Part shown: positions 13,541 through 27,300 of the stretch, piece by piece | Layout: every line of letters starts with the position of its first letter | Position numbering within the stretch: the stretch's first letter is position 1 | Origin: Octopus vulgaris | Taxonomy: Eukaryota | Direction: 5' to 3' | NCBI GenBank assembly: GCA_951406725.2 | Contig: OX597819.1 | Span: 81,530,001 to 81,594,000, forward strand | Length of the DNA: 64,000 nucleotides | The notes under the pieces: generated by a model | What the model was told of the DNA's origin: nothing | The model's input: the letters and a program-made list of their open reading frames with translations, nothing else | Database searches by the model: none | Position numbers and translations under genes: made by a program

Positions 13541-14890
13541 TCAAATTTTGTTATATTTTTTTAAATATTGTGTACTTGTGTAATATTCTTGGGTTATCAT
13601 ATCTTTATTCACATCATCTTCATATGATATGTTTTCATCAATACTTAGGTATTTGTAGACTTCTTTGTATGGAACTGGAGAGATAGCAAGACCATTGATG
13701 CATGGATTTTTAGATTTGCAGACTGATTTTCTGTGTTCAACAATCAAATATGAACACTTCTTTGGCCAAATTCCATTCTTATGTCAGCTGAAAACGTTGG
13801 TGTTAAGTCCAGGCTATCTGCAAAATTATGGGCTACACTGGTTGTAGAACCTAGCACATAGCCATAGAATTTTTCTAACAGAAATGATAATGAATTTAAT
13901 GCCAAAATAAATAGAATTACAGAAAAACTATCTCCCTTTTAAATATCTATAGCCCTGGAGATGATCATTCTGCTCTCACTTAAGTATGAAGAATGTTGAC
14001 AAGGTCCTTGTGAACATCTTGAGGATGGCATCTAAGGTAGCAGGCACATTTACCAAGCACAGAGACTTCAGTAGCCACAAGTAAGAAACAGGGTTGAATG
14101 CTTTCCTAAAATTGAACCTTACAGTCACAAGGTTTCTGAGACATTTTCTTTCTTTGGACATCACAGCTTTGTTTATCAAAAGTTGTTCAGCACATCACCC
14201 TGCACTTTTTTTCCACCTCCCTGCTCATCAGTCACAATGATCCAAGAGGAATTGGTTGAGACAGTTTGTGTAAACCTTGTACATAAATTTTAGGCAAGTA
14301 ATGAGCCTATATTTTTCTGCTAACTCCGAATATGCATGTATGTGTGTGTGTGTGTGTTGTTCCCTCACCACAGCTTGATAACTGATATTGGTTTATTTAC
14401 ATCTCCATAACTTAGTAGTTTCACAAAAGTGACTGATAGAATAAGTGTGCCAATCTATCCTTCCATAGATTTTTTTAATATACATATAAAAGGCTTTCTG
14501 TAAAAGATCAGCCTCTTGTACTAATATCCAACTATCAGATCTCTTCAAGGTTCCTTCCTATTATGCTGTTTACCTACAGACATGGTGAAAGTCTTGGGGC
14601 CAATTGTGCATGTTTTACTGTCAATATTTGTACAGTTCTTTCCTAACTGTATTTAATCACACTGCATTCTGGTTGGAATGTTTCTTTTCATTCCAGATGA
14701 TAGACCAGACTGATTGAAGATCTTGAGAAAGGGCTTTCTTATCAGTAGTGATTTCCTTCTCCAACTTCTGATATAAGGATTGTGGATTGGAAGCAAACTT
14801 ATGATATATACTGTATTTTCTACAATAACAGTTTTTTGCTCAGCATCCAGAGTTAGTGCTTTAGAGTAACTACCTTTCCCTCAAGAGCTT
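13541..14890 (-). pseudogene. Degenerate R4/Dong-like reverse transcriptase fragment
   Basis: Minus-strand remnants in RT order: KYRLITC (NYRPITC), FNFRKAFNPVSYLWL (DYKKAYDSVPHSWL), KGDSFS (QGDSLS), FSADIRMEFG, YKYLSI (YKYLGI). It has stops and frameshifts and a SINE piece at ~14330-14445. The boundary beyond 14330 is approximate. Confidence 0.75.
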
Positions 14891-15835
14891 AGCATGGAAA
14901 GTCACCGTTGTGTTTGCTATTTCTTGCATAAGATATTCATACATACATACATTCACATGTATGTATGTATGTATGTATGTATGTATGTATGTATGTATGT
15001 ATGTATGTATGTATGTATGTATGTATGTATGTATGTATGTATGTATGTATGTATGTGTGTGTGTGTATGTATGTAGGTATGTATGTATGTATGTATGTAT
15101 GTATGTGTGTGTGTGTATATGTATGTATGTAGGTATGTATGTATGTATACATATATAGTGTGTATAAATATTTACATTTTGCATCTTCACATGAAACTGT
15201 TTGAGGAAAGCAATGACATAATATTGACATTCCTTGTCAATAGATTAGTTTTATACTTACAGAGTAAAACAAAATGAAAATTATTTACTTGAAAACATGT
15301 AAGAGTTAGGGATATGAAGTGCAGCCTGTAATAATTCTTCATTTAACACATGCTAGCATGGAAAAATATACATTAAACAAGCAATATAATACATACATTG
15401 TTTATGATACCCAAGCATTATCAATTATCTTTTACTTGTTTCAGTTATTGAACTGTGGCCATGTTGCAGCACTGCTCTGAAGGGTTTGGTAAAACAAACT
15501 GACCCCAATAATAATTATTTTTTAAGCCTGATACTTATTCTATCAATCTCTTTCGCCAAACTGCTAAATTACAGATGTGTAAATAAAGCAATACTAGTTG
15601 TCAAGCAGTGGTAAGGGACTAATACAAACACACACATACACAACCAAATATGAACACCTCTTTGGCCAAATTCCATTCTTATGTCTGCTGAAAACGTTGA
15701 TATTAAGCCCAGGCCATCTGCAAAATTATGGGTTACACTGGTTGTAGAACCTAGCACATAGCCATAGAATTTTTGTAGCAGAAATGATAATGAATTTAAT
15801 GCCAAAATAAATAGAATTGCAGAGAGACTACCCCA
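13741..15835 (+). repeat. Direct duplication, ~190 bp (13741-13935 and 15641-15835)
   Basis: CAAATATGAACAC.TCTTTGGCCAAATTCCATTCTTATGTC...GCCAAAATAAATAGAATT is shared between the two sites. Confidence 0.9.
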
Positions 15836-17431
15836 CTGGAAATATTCTATCTATCTCTCACACACACATGATGGCTTCTTCCAGTTTTCATCTACCAAAT
15901 CCACTCACAAGGCTTTGGTTGACCCAGGACTATATTAGAAGACACTTGCCCAAAGTGCCACTCAGTGGGACTGAACCTGGATCCATGTATTTGGGAAGCA
16001 AACTTCTTACTACACAACCATACTATCATACCTACACATATGATAGTATGGAGATTTTCCAAAACCCTAGATTATATTTTTTTAAATCTGCAGTGCACCT
16101 AGATGCATTTGTAATGCAACAATGCATATTGTGTATTGTTTGAAAATCACATCTAATCTAGTGAATCTCAGACAATACATACATAACTTGAAGAACAATG
16201 AGATGCATGCTTTAATCGGGTAATTGCATATTCTATCGTGTTCAAGCAGTGATAACTGGTGGTGGGGAGGGCTTTTCAAAGAACAAAAGTTATAATATTT
16301 AACACAGAAACTACAAGATTTTAGCTATAATTTACTTGTTAATAATATGTAAACTCATTTTAGTCAATACAGAATATCTATTGTCTAGTTATTCTTGTTG
16401 TTTCTAGTTTGTTTTTTATCAACTTGTCTATTCATATAATGGTTTATATTCATGTCAAGGTTTACATTTGTGGCAATGTTTATATTTATATCAAGGTTTA
16501 CATTGAGCTAAGGGGAACTCAAGTGGGCCAATGTTATATGTTTAGATAAAGCAACTAAATTGTAATTCCTACTATTTGTAGTAAATGTTGTTGAGTAGAT
16601 ACTGAGGTAAGCATTTTTACAGTTCTATATCTTTTCTGATTTTAAAAACTTGACTAGGAGAACTAGCTCTATTTGTTTTTAGCTAGATAACCTAAGGTTT
16701 TGCTATATAGATTAATATCATTCTTTCATTAATTTATTCTGATATTTCCTTGTATCAGTCATTGAACTGTGGCCATGCTGGGGCACTGCCTTCAAGGGTT
16801 TAATTGAACAAATCAACCCCAGTAGTTGCATATTTTGAACCTGGTACTTATTCCATCTGTCACTTTTGACAAACTGCTACGTTATGGGGATGCAAACAAA
16901 CCATCACAGGTTGTCAAGTGGTGAGTAAAAAGTCATGCATATACACACATCTGTGTATGTGTTTGCATGTATGTGTATAGAATTGGCTTCCACACAGTTT
17001 CCATCAATCAATTTCACTCACAAGGCATTGGTCAGCCACAATAGAAAACACTTACACATTGCTCTGCAGTGGGACTGAATCTGAAATCAAAAGGTTGTTA
17101 AGCAAGTTTCTTCATTACACAGTCATGCCTGGACCTATTGTAAACATACATCTCAAGTCTGGCCCACATGTCCATGAAAAAGTGGTTGCTAACCAATGAT
17201 GATGATAATGATGATGATGATCTTATATGGTCTTCATATTAAATGTAAAAGAACTTTCTAGCTCATCATTACTCCTAAAATTAAAAAAAAAACATATGCT
17301 CTTTATTGTGAACTAGGGAAATGTAAGACTTTATAGGAGAAAACAGAGTCCAAAATCTCTAAGTTCTAAACTGGTCTATAGCAGAAAATTTTTTAAAAAC
17401 TCACTGAATACAAGTTGAAATCCCACTTTAA

Positions 17432-17888
17432 CACATTTGATACTAATCCGTCTGAGACCACCCCTGGTTTTATCATATAAATTTCCTGATTTCAAGAGAC
17501 CTTAATTAAAACCCTGTTTCAAAATTTCATGTTGATTTATGTTTCAAACACCAGCTTAATAATCCTTTCTACAATAGGCATAAGACCTGAAATTTTGGGG
17601 GAGGGCACTATCCAATAACATTGACCCCAATCCTCAACTGGTACTTATTTCATTGATCCCCAAAACGATGAAAGACAAAGTTGACCTTGGAGGAATTTGA
17701 ACTCAGAGAATGTAAAGGTAGATGAAAAACCACTAAGCATTTTGTTCGGCATGCTAACAATTTTGCCAGCTCACCATCTTAAACTCCAGCTTGATAATGG
17801 CACAGTTATTTTGCTAAATTCTTCATTATTTTCAAATTTAATTGAAACAAGGCCAATGTATTTCCGGTGAAATATGGTATCAAAAGTG
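17432..17888. mobile_element. piggyBac-like MITE with TTAA TSD and an internal SINE
   Basis: TTAA-CACATTTGATAC ... GTATCAAAAGTG-TTAA. A SINE lies at ~17565-17781. A related copy is at ~33243-33460. Confidence 0.7.
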
Positions 17889-19500
17889 TTAAACTACTTT
17901 GAAAATGTATCGATAAAAATTTTGTTAAATAATAACCATAATTATCAACCTAAGTAAATATTGTCATGTTTATTTCCTTGGGAAAGGGTTATTTCATATT
18001 CCTTTTGCTTGAATCCATAAGGTACATATCAATTTTTAAAACATTCATAGATAGTATCAAATTATATGTGACATATAATATAAACATTGAAAATATTTGA
18101 ATTTCTCTTTCTTTTCCATTTGATAAAAAAGTATTTTTTTTTTCTTTTATTAAAATGCTTTTCTTGCCAATTAAATAATGCTGATGAAATATTTACCACA
18201 GACATGTAGACAAGAAATATGCAATAAGTTAACTAATATAGTTTTGTGAATAAAATAAAGTTTCAAATCAACAATGAAATACACACACACACACACACAC
18301 ACATGTTTGTATGCACATACATATTTTAAAAAAATTTTATCTAGTTCCTTTCTTTTAAGAAAATAGAGTAGATATTTTATTTAATTTATTACAGTTAGAG
18401 TTTTATTGTAATTAATTTTTCAATTTTAGTTTTCTTTGTCTCTTAACCCTGACCACCTCTTCAACAGCCACTTCAATATTCCTTCCTTTATTCAATCTCA
18501 CTACACTTCTTTTCAAAAGAATATTGATACAGTAAACTGAATTACAGCGAAATGGAGAGTAGCGTGGGAGTTTCCAGCAAGGAAAATAGCAAAATGTAGG
18601 GGTGTGGAAGGCTGTTGAAAGGAAGGGAAAAATATGGAAAGATGGAAAAAAAAAAGATGTAAAAAGTGAAAGAAAAAAAAAAAGAACACAGCAAGAGGAG
18701 AAAAGATGGCGAAAACAGTTCTTTTTGGTAAAATTCACTCAATTAGCAGTCAAGTCTTACATGAAATGCTGGCAAAGTCTTGTAGAAAAAGTTAACTAAG
18801 TTATGTGTGTGATCTGAATAACTTATCGCAAAAGAAAAGGAAAGAATGAAATAAATAACAATGAATGAAGAAATATGTGTTGCAAGAAAGAAAAAGAAAA
18901 AATAGGAGGAGGAACAGAAATAACTACAACAATCACATCACTTGTAATAATATCAAGAAGGAAGATGAGATGGGCAAGGATGGGATGATGAAGATACAGA
19001 AGAGTGGGAAGAGGAAAGGAATGATGATGATGGTGATTATAATGATGATGATGGTGGTGGTGGTGGTGGTGGTGGTGGTGGTGGTGGTGGTGGTGGTAGT
19101 AGTAGTGGTAGTGGTGGCAATCATGGTGGTAGTAATGGCAGTGGTAGTGGTGCTGGCTAGTCTGTTGTTAACAATAACAAGAAGAACGATAATATCATTA
19201 ATATTAATTATAATAATAATAATAATAATAATAATGATAATAATAATATACTATGAATTGAAAGGAGCCAATAAATGAAACAGTTTCTGATTCTTGTATT
19301 CTGAGAACTTGGTTTCTGCTACAAAAAATTATAGAAAGTAGTTGTGGTGACTTTCTCCTTCTTCTTTCCTCACCCCAACTCCTGTCCCTGAATCACTAGA
19401 AAGGTGATGTCATACAGGAAGTTTAATATAAGTGTGTGCAAAGGGACAAATTTGGCAGACAAAATAAATTATTACAACAAGGAAGACAATAATGGAAGTA

Positions 19501-19571
<71 letters not shown>

Positions 19572-20667
19572 TAATAATGATAATAATAATAATAATATCT
19601 ATATCTACAGGAGTAACAAGTAAAAGATGTTTAAAATAAAACATATATGTATTTTATTTTATATTTTGATATTTTTTAAAATTTGTTCCAAAGAATAAGA
19701 AAAAATTTTTAATTATTTTTACATATTTGAAACATCTATATGAATGAACTGTAACAAAAAATATTTAAAAAAACACAAGCAAAATAATCAAGAAATGATT
19801 TTATTGAAATATGAAATAATAATATTCGTTGTTCATTTCATTTTAAAACTTTTCTTCTTTTATGTTCGAACCCTTAAGTTAGCTTAGCCCCTTTTTATTT
19901 ATAAAGGGCCAACATACTTAGGTGTACAAAGACACACATATGCCATTTGATATTTGATGCATGCAACTCTTCTGGATTATTTGAGGTGTTTCGTCCAAGA
20001 GATTCTCAAAAGTCCACTTAATTTTTGTCACTCACTAATTGGCTTTACAAGCAAAAAGCTATTTGATTGGGTGTGTGGTTATTTAATAACAACTGGAAGT
20101 GAATATGTCTGCATGTGTCATGTCACACTCAAGAAGATGGAAGTTAAATTAAGAGTGCCAATGAGATTCAGAGTTGATGCAAAAATTGCTTTATCAGCTT
20201 GCAAACGATGCTACTAATTCAATTAGTAAATTATTCAATGAAAATGGAAAGAAATTAGAAGACTGTTTGGAAATATACTAATCAGATTCCCATGGGGGAA
20301 GAATCAGTCAAATGCATCGGAAATCATTAGTTTGACATGAGGCATATTGGTGAAGAACAAAATAGAACTGAAGGTAGAAAATACGGGATAATTTATTGTT
20401 GTTATTTAATATGAAGTGAACATTTTGAAGTGCATTTTGTTGCAATTGGATCTACTTGTGCATTGTTAGATTATTCGTAATATAGTTGCATCGCTTTAAT
20501 AACGGAACAGTTTTGAATGTACCCAAGAATACTTAAAGCTGTTTAAACTCATAGTAAACCTTTAAGAGCATAATGTCATTTACCAGTAAACATTTTCTGA
20601 TAATATTCATAAGATTTTGTATTGGTTTTCAAGATTCATTATGTAAATATGAGTTGACACAGATTTA

Positions 20668-21030
20668 GTTGTATTACAGGAGGGTCATTAGTTCAATGAT
20701 AAGCAAGTGTATTGGTTCTGTTTTGCTTCTTTTATTATTGTTAGTCAATTAGTTAACCATTTAAACAATTAACTAAACAATAGTTTGATTAATTGTCCAG
20801 TTAATCAGTTGAATCAGCCAGGTTTATCATTGATGAGATTGGGAATGGCTATGAAAGGATTTTGACAAATCTGGGTAAATGATTGATTGACCAAACAATT
20901 AAACAAACTGTTAGTCAATTGGTAAAATAGTTAACCAGCTGACTAATAAAAATAGTAATAATAAAAGAAATAAATTAGAATCAGTGCATGTGTGTATCAT
21001 TGGCATTATGGCCCTTCCAAGATACAACAT
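20668..21030. repeat. Degenerate foldback element (arms ~170 bp)
   Basis: GTTGTATTACAGGAGGGTCATTAGTTCAATGATA pairs with TATCATTGGCATTATGGCCCTTCCAAGATACAAC, and pairing continues inward to ~20830/20860. Confidence 0.75.
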
Positions 21031-21649
21031 ATTCATAAGTTCTTTTCTCTATTGATTGTATTGATTCACTACTTCTGATATAACCACTTTTATTGGCTAA
21101 ATAAGGATGATTTCTCAACTTAATTCTTTCAATAAACAGAAATCTTCAATGGTACTAAATAAATTAACAGTTTTTTCATTTAACATAAGTTGTTGTGAAA
21201 GAAATAACAAGAGTTGTTCTTGTAATAAATAAAGTCACCAACATATTGGTTGTAAATTCAAATTAGCAACAAAGCTTTTGTTCTTATTATGACTCTAAGC
21301 AGGACACTTAATTCTACTTACCCAAGTTCTTCGATTTCAGTTCCCAAATGCACCTATTGTTATCTACTCTTATGTACTTATCATATCTGAAATTTTGGGA
21401 CTTTTTATGTCAGTTTGGCAGAGAGACTACATTCACCATTTGTGTAGGACAGTTGCTTTTACTGATTTCAAAATATCATGTCCCTAACAACTCTATTCCT
21501 ATATTTCGATCAGATGGCCCCCAGGATGTCTTTCACTCTTTCACTCTAGAAAAAGGATTGATAAAGAAAAGGGAATTCTACATAGACACAGACACCACTT
21601 ATTTCCATATTTTGGAATCAGTTGATTATTGAACTGTTTATTCATTAGG

Positions 21650-21740
21650 TGCAGCCATCTGGTTCACCAGTCCTCAGTCAAATCATCCAACCCATGCTAG
21701 CATGGAAAGCGGACGTTAAACGATGATGATGATGATGATG
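21650..21740 (+). mobile_element. 5'-truncated (GAT)n-tailed retroposon end (family C)
   Basis: CCAACCCATGCTAGCATGGAAAGCGGACGTTAAACGATGATGAT. The same tail occurs at ~1240, 5530, 6490, 7960, 23930(-), 40140 and 41170(-). Confidence 0.75.
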
Positions 21741-24700
21741 AAGGCACATAACTAAAATAAGATACATAACTCTTTTTAAGAGAGCAATCAATTATTTAAC
21801 TGCACCCACTTACTGACCAATCATTTGGACTGGATTACATGCCAGACTCTACATTTAGATATCATATTTATAACAGCTAAGTATCAGTTAGACAGATACC
21901 AGTGAACTAACAAGCTAACTTTTTTTACATCACATTTGATGAACAATAGCATTATTTGTTGGAGGTACTCAATACACCAATCAATGGCTCACTACATTTA
22001 TGATGACAACAATGACAAGGGTCTATGTCTTTATCTTTAATCTTATACTTTTCTCAATTATTGGGCAGTAGCTATGCTGAGGCACTGCCTTGAAGGGTTT
22101 AGTTGTACAAATTGATCTCAGTACTGATTTTTTTAAGCTTGGCACTTATTGTATCAGTTTATTTTTACCAACCACTATCTTATGGTGAAGTAGACAAACC
22201 AACACCAGTTGTCAAGTGGTGGTCAGGACAAGCACAAACACACACAAACATGTGTGTGTGTGTGTGTGTGTGTGTGCATAAACTTAGCTCATTCAAACAA
22301 ACTAGATTCTGTAAAAAACCTAAAAATCTGTAAGTCACATAGGTCCAAATCAAATTGTTTTAATAATGATGATGATGATGGTGATGATGATAATGATAAT
22401 AATAATGGGTTTCTCTTAGTTTGGTCAGTGCACGGCTACAATCAAAGACACTCGTCCAAAGTGCCACACAGTGGGACAAAACCTGAAACCATGTGGCTAG
22501 GAAGCTTACTTCTTACCACAGAACCATGCTTGCACCTGCCCACAGCCACACCTATGCTATTGTGCAACTTTGAATAAATATGACACAAGAATTTTTTATT
22601 TGAAGACACTTGTTTTCAGTTTTTCCTTGGTAGTGTTTACTTCCTTCAGTGATCTACATCAACTAACTATATACACATATTTATATGCTGGCATATAAAA
22701 TGACCTTTTGACCTTAAAAAAGTCCTGTTTACATCTCCCAAAATAGGGACTCACAAGTCTTTAGACAGCCCAGGGTTATTGTAGGAGATACTTGCCCAAG
22801 GTGCCATGCAGTGGACTAAAACCATACTTACAATCATATATTTTAAATTCTAATTCTTAAACCAGCATGCCAAGTATAGAGATGGGATCATGAAATATTT
22901 AATTTGATCAGCTAACTCAGTTGTAATATAGGTTTTCTCAAGCAAAGATAGTTAATTATTCAACAACTATTACACCAAGAACAAATCACTTGGATAACTC
23001 AAATATCTCATATGAGTGAAAGTAATAATTAAGAAAACAATTAATTTTGGGTATCTCAAATATCAGAAAGAGTAAAAATACTGATTATGAAAACGCAGCA
23101 GTAATTTTCCTTATTTATATCAATCTATTGAGTAGAATTGTTATTAACATTTGACAATTATTGTTGACAATCTGTCAAGAGTTATTCCTGAGATTCTGTA
23201 CAAAAATTGTGTTCTGTTCCAGTAGACTTTATAAAATAGTCTACATTGAAGTAAGCAATATATTTAGGTTAATAAATATCAATTAAAAAAAATTACAATA
23301 CTGTATGTATATAGATTGGTATATAATAAAGTATGCATGTATGTGTGTGTGTGCACGCACACACTTGTGTGTGTGTATGTGTGTTTGTGAATTAACGTAT
23401 TTATTAAGAGTACAACTTATATGTAGATAAGTTTAAAACAAAGCTTTTAGATAATCAATTATTTTGATGGAAACAAAAGCAAGACTAGTTCAAGGGTCAG
23501 AGGTGAATATACTTGTTTGTGCCTCAGAACTCTAGTTATGATTGTGTTATTTTTCAGAATTTTAAGATTTATGTCTTTGTAATAAAGCACAATGCCTTAG
23601 ATTTTGATAAAGGAATGAGAAAAAAATGGGAGCAGTAATATTCTTGCCTTAGTAACATACACACTGACCAAGTCACATTTTTTTATCTTTTAGTCAGGAG
23701 TGAAAAATGACCATGACCTTTTGCAGAGCCTCTAAACATGTTGGGAGGGAAGGAAAAATGGAAGAAGGAAGAGAAGGAAAAAGGGAGAAAAGGATGGTAA
23801 GGGAGTGGGGGGAAGGTATCTAGAAACTTGAAACTGGCCCTGAACGCTTGAAACAAAGTGGACTCTGTGAAATGCACCCAAGGTAACAGGTAGTGGTGTT
23901 AAGCTGAGTGACAGGTTAAGCCATCATCATATTCATCATCATCATCATCATTTAACATGCATGTTGCATAATGACAAGGGTTGGATGGTTTGACAGGATC
24001 CAGCATATCAAGGGCTGCACTGTGCTTCAATGTCTGCTTTGGCATGGTTTCTACACTTGGATGCCATTACTAATGCTAACCACTTTACAGCATGGACTGA
24101 GTGTTTTTCTCATGCTACCTGTATTATTGAGGTCACCATGCCACTCATAGGACTACGAGTCCTGGAGGAGGTGGGGTGTCAGCTTCATGCCAGTGGATGA
24201 GGGGATTACTATGACAAAGGGAAGGCAGAGCAGGTTATTGCATAGGGGTCAGCATGGCTACACATGTCTAGCAGAGAAAGAGGAGATAGAAAGAAAGAAA
24301 GAAAAACTGATCAGAGGGCACTGCCATAGATTGATAATGGTGATGAGGTTAACCAGGTGACCCCACAAGGCACAAGATGAGCAGAAGTGTGTGAGTGGAA
24401 AGTTTGCATGATTGTATGGAAAGGAGAATTAGGGGATGGCATGGCACTAATAACCAAACTGTTTTCCTGTAAACCCTGTGAAGACTCCTAAGAATGGGTG
24501 CTTAGTAGTGATGTTATAGCTTGAAGTAGATGAAAGGTAAACTTTTCTCAGGTTTGGCCTCAAGTCAATGCTGACCTGGGACAGACTCAGGGCTAATTAA
24601 CAACTCAGTCAACTAAAAAGTATCCAGCAAAGCATGCACATTCTAAAATTGATTTAAATTATGTAACTCTTATTTTGTTTTCACTAGACATAGTCCTATC

Positions 24701-26449
24701 TTATTATTACAAAACACTTTTGTTAAAATCCTTCACTCTTATGTCTGCTAGCCATGAAAAATGACCAGCAGAATCAACTGAACTGCAGATGTCTCCCATA
24801 GATATTATCTTAGGACTATACTAGGAGTTTCTTGGTATAACCACAGCAAGAATGAAATAATCATGAAAAGAGACAGGATGAGTAACCTGCAAGATAACAC
24901 ATGTAAGATTGTGTAAGTTGCTCAGCTCTGGGGCAATGTTTGTGCATGAAGAATGCTATGAGAACCTCTCACTCAAATTGAAGCAGAGCTGGTGGAGGTA
25001 CATTAGAAGTGAGGCAGACCTTTCAAGATATGGTTGAGGAGTGTGTATGAGAACCTGGCGCATATAAACCTGCTATAAGAACAGGCTCAAACAAAGTTTG
25101 CAACCATGGAAATGTAGCTCTCTTCTTAGTCAATGCTCCATGAGGAATGGAAGGAACTAAATAAAGCTTCATTCTGAAAACATATTCATACTTTTAGGTT
25201 CAGGCATGATTATGCGATAAAGAAGTTTACTTTGTGACCATGTGGATCCAGTTTTGATGTCACTGTATGGCATATTTGGCAAATGTTTTCTAATGTACTT
25301 CCAAGTTGACCTTTGCCTTAGTATATAGATATGCATACTCTTTTACTCTTTTACTTGTTTCAGTCATTTGACTGCAGCCATGCTGGAACACCACCTTAAA
25401 GGGGTTTAACTCGATGAAATCGACCCCAGAACTTATTCTTTGTAAGCCTAATATTTATTCTTTCAGTCTCTTTTGCCAAACTGCTAAGTTATAGGGACAT
25501 AAATGCACCAACATCGGTTGTCGAGTGATAGTTTGGTGGACAAACGCAGGCACAAAGACACACACACAAATATATGCACACAAACACACACACACATACA
25601 CAAATACATGCACACACATACACATATGACAGGCTTCTTTCAGTTTCCATCTACCAAATCCACTCGTACGGCTTTGCTCTGTCCAAGGCTATAATAGAAG
25701 ACACTTGCCCAAAGTGTGATGCAGTGGGACTGGACCTGGAACCATGTGGCTAGAAAGCAAGCTTCTTACCAGACGGCCATCCCTGCACCTACACAGCAAT
25801 GCCTGCACCTTTGTACAGGTATGCTATAATGTCACTTAAGTTTATATGCTTTTAGCAGAAGTGTTTCTCATGGTTCAGACTGGGTCATTCTCTGGAGAAT
25901 GAGATAAGTTTTTGTTCATTTTTAGTCCATGTGACTGTAAAAGTGTAAAAACTTACTGGAAAGGATAAAAAATTCGTTATTGCACATGTGTTGGAGGAAA
26001 ATGATTGGAGAGAGGAAGAGAATTTGGGAGAGAGTGAGTTTGGTGGTGGGGAGAGAATGAGAATGATAAAGAATAGAAACATTAGAGCTAAAAAGGAAGG
26101 GGAGGATTACTGGCTTGGAGAACATAAGAAGGAGGCCAGGTCAATGACCTGCAGACAGCTTGTCAATAGTATTATCCATATTCATGTCTCTACATACACA
26201 AACATACAAATCATTGAAATATAGCTGCTGGCAGCAAAATATTCATACATATGCATACACATATATAGAGACACACTTACATACACAGGTACACACATAC
26301 ATCAAGTTGTATATATATATACATACAAACATTACTGCACTTAGCAAAACATGATTGTATAAAATATGCAATCAAAAGCATTATGCACCAACCAAAACAT
26401 GAACAGTACACGATTAGAGCCTTCAAGGTTCAACAAACGCTAGCTTTGA

Positions 26450-27300
26450 TCATTACTAAGGGTCTTTCCAGACAAAATGTATCTCCTCAGCATAGTAAAA
26501 TCTTATCATAAAATCCAGTCTTTATTTTTAGACCAGCAACTACTAATTCTCTACAAAGCTCATGAGAAACCCATGGTAGAGTATTACTCCTCCATCTGAG
26601 ATGGTATTGCTGCTACATACAAAAGCATCTTAGACCACTTCCAAAGAAAGGTCATTCACTCACTACATCACTCATTAACACACAACAGACTCCAGCCTGT
26701 AGGTGAACTGTTTCTTCTCTAACCTTTTCTATCATTTCTACTGTGTCTTTATAAAACAGAGCATTTACAGATTTATTAGAACATTAGATAAAATGCCTGG
26801 TAGTAAATTTCCCAGTCCATTGCACTCTGAGTTTACAATATAACACCAAGGTCAACTTTGTTTTTTTTCCTTTTTGAGTTGATAAGTTGTGTACCAGTCA
26901 AGTGCTAGTAAAGCCCTTTCTCTCTTCTCAGTTGTCATATCCTTGATATTCCATAGGATTCAGGGTGGTTGGAAAAGAGGTTTTGTATATCTGTGTGTGC
27001 TTACAACTACACTGGGATATAAAACTACTAGTCAAAGCAGGTTACATACTGATACCAAGTCATTTTCAATAGTGTGTGGCAGCATAATTATTATTAAAGT
27101 GGCCTCTGCTTCTCAGAGCCCACTAGTGTTGTTCCACATTCTTGCCACATCTCTCCTGAGGAATTTTCTCCCTCTAAATGGTTTTCCTGCAGCAATCAAC
27201 TTGCACCTGTTCAATAGGAACACTAACAACATCAATCTCGTCAACCTTGAAAGGCCAGCAAAGGTCATATATACATCCACTTCCTCCAGACCAAACAAAT
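26450..27300 (+). pseudogene. Degenerate CR1/L2-group LINE ORF2 C-terminus, interrupted by a SINE fragment
   Basis: QQLLILYKAHEKPMVEYYSSI*DG...ILDHFQRKVI (~26535-26655) and TSLLRNFLPLNGFPAAINLHLFNRNTNNINL (~27150-27240) resemble the LYKAxVRPxMEY..W and LWNSLP..FP...L..FK ends of such LINEs. Confidence 0.6.
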
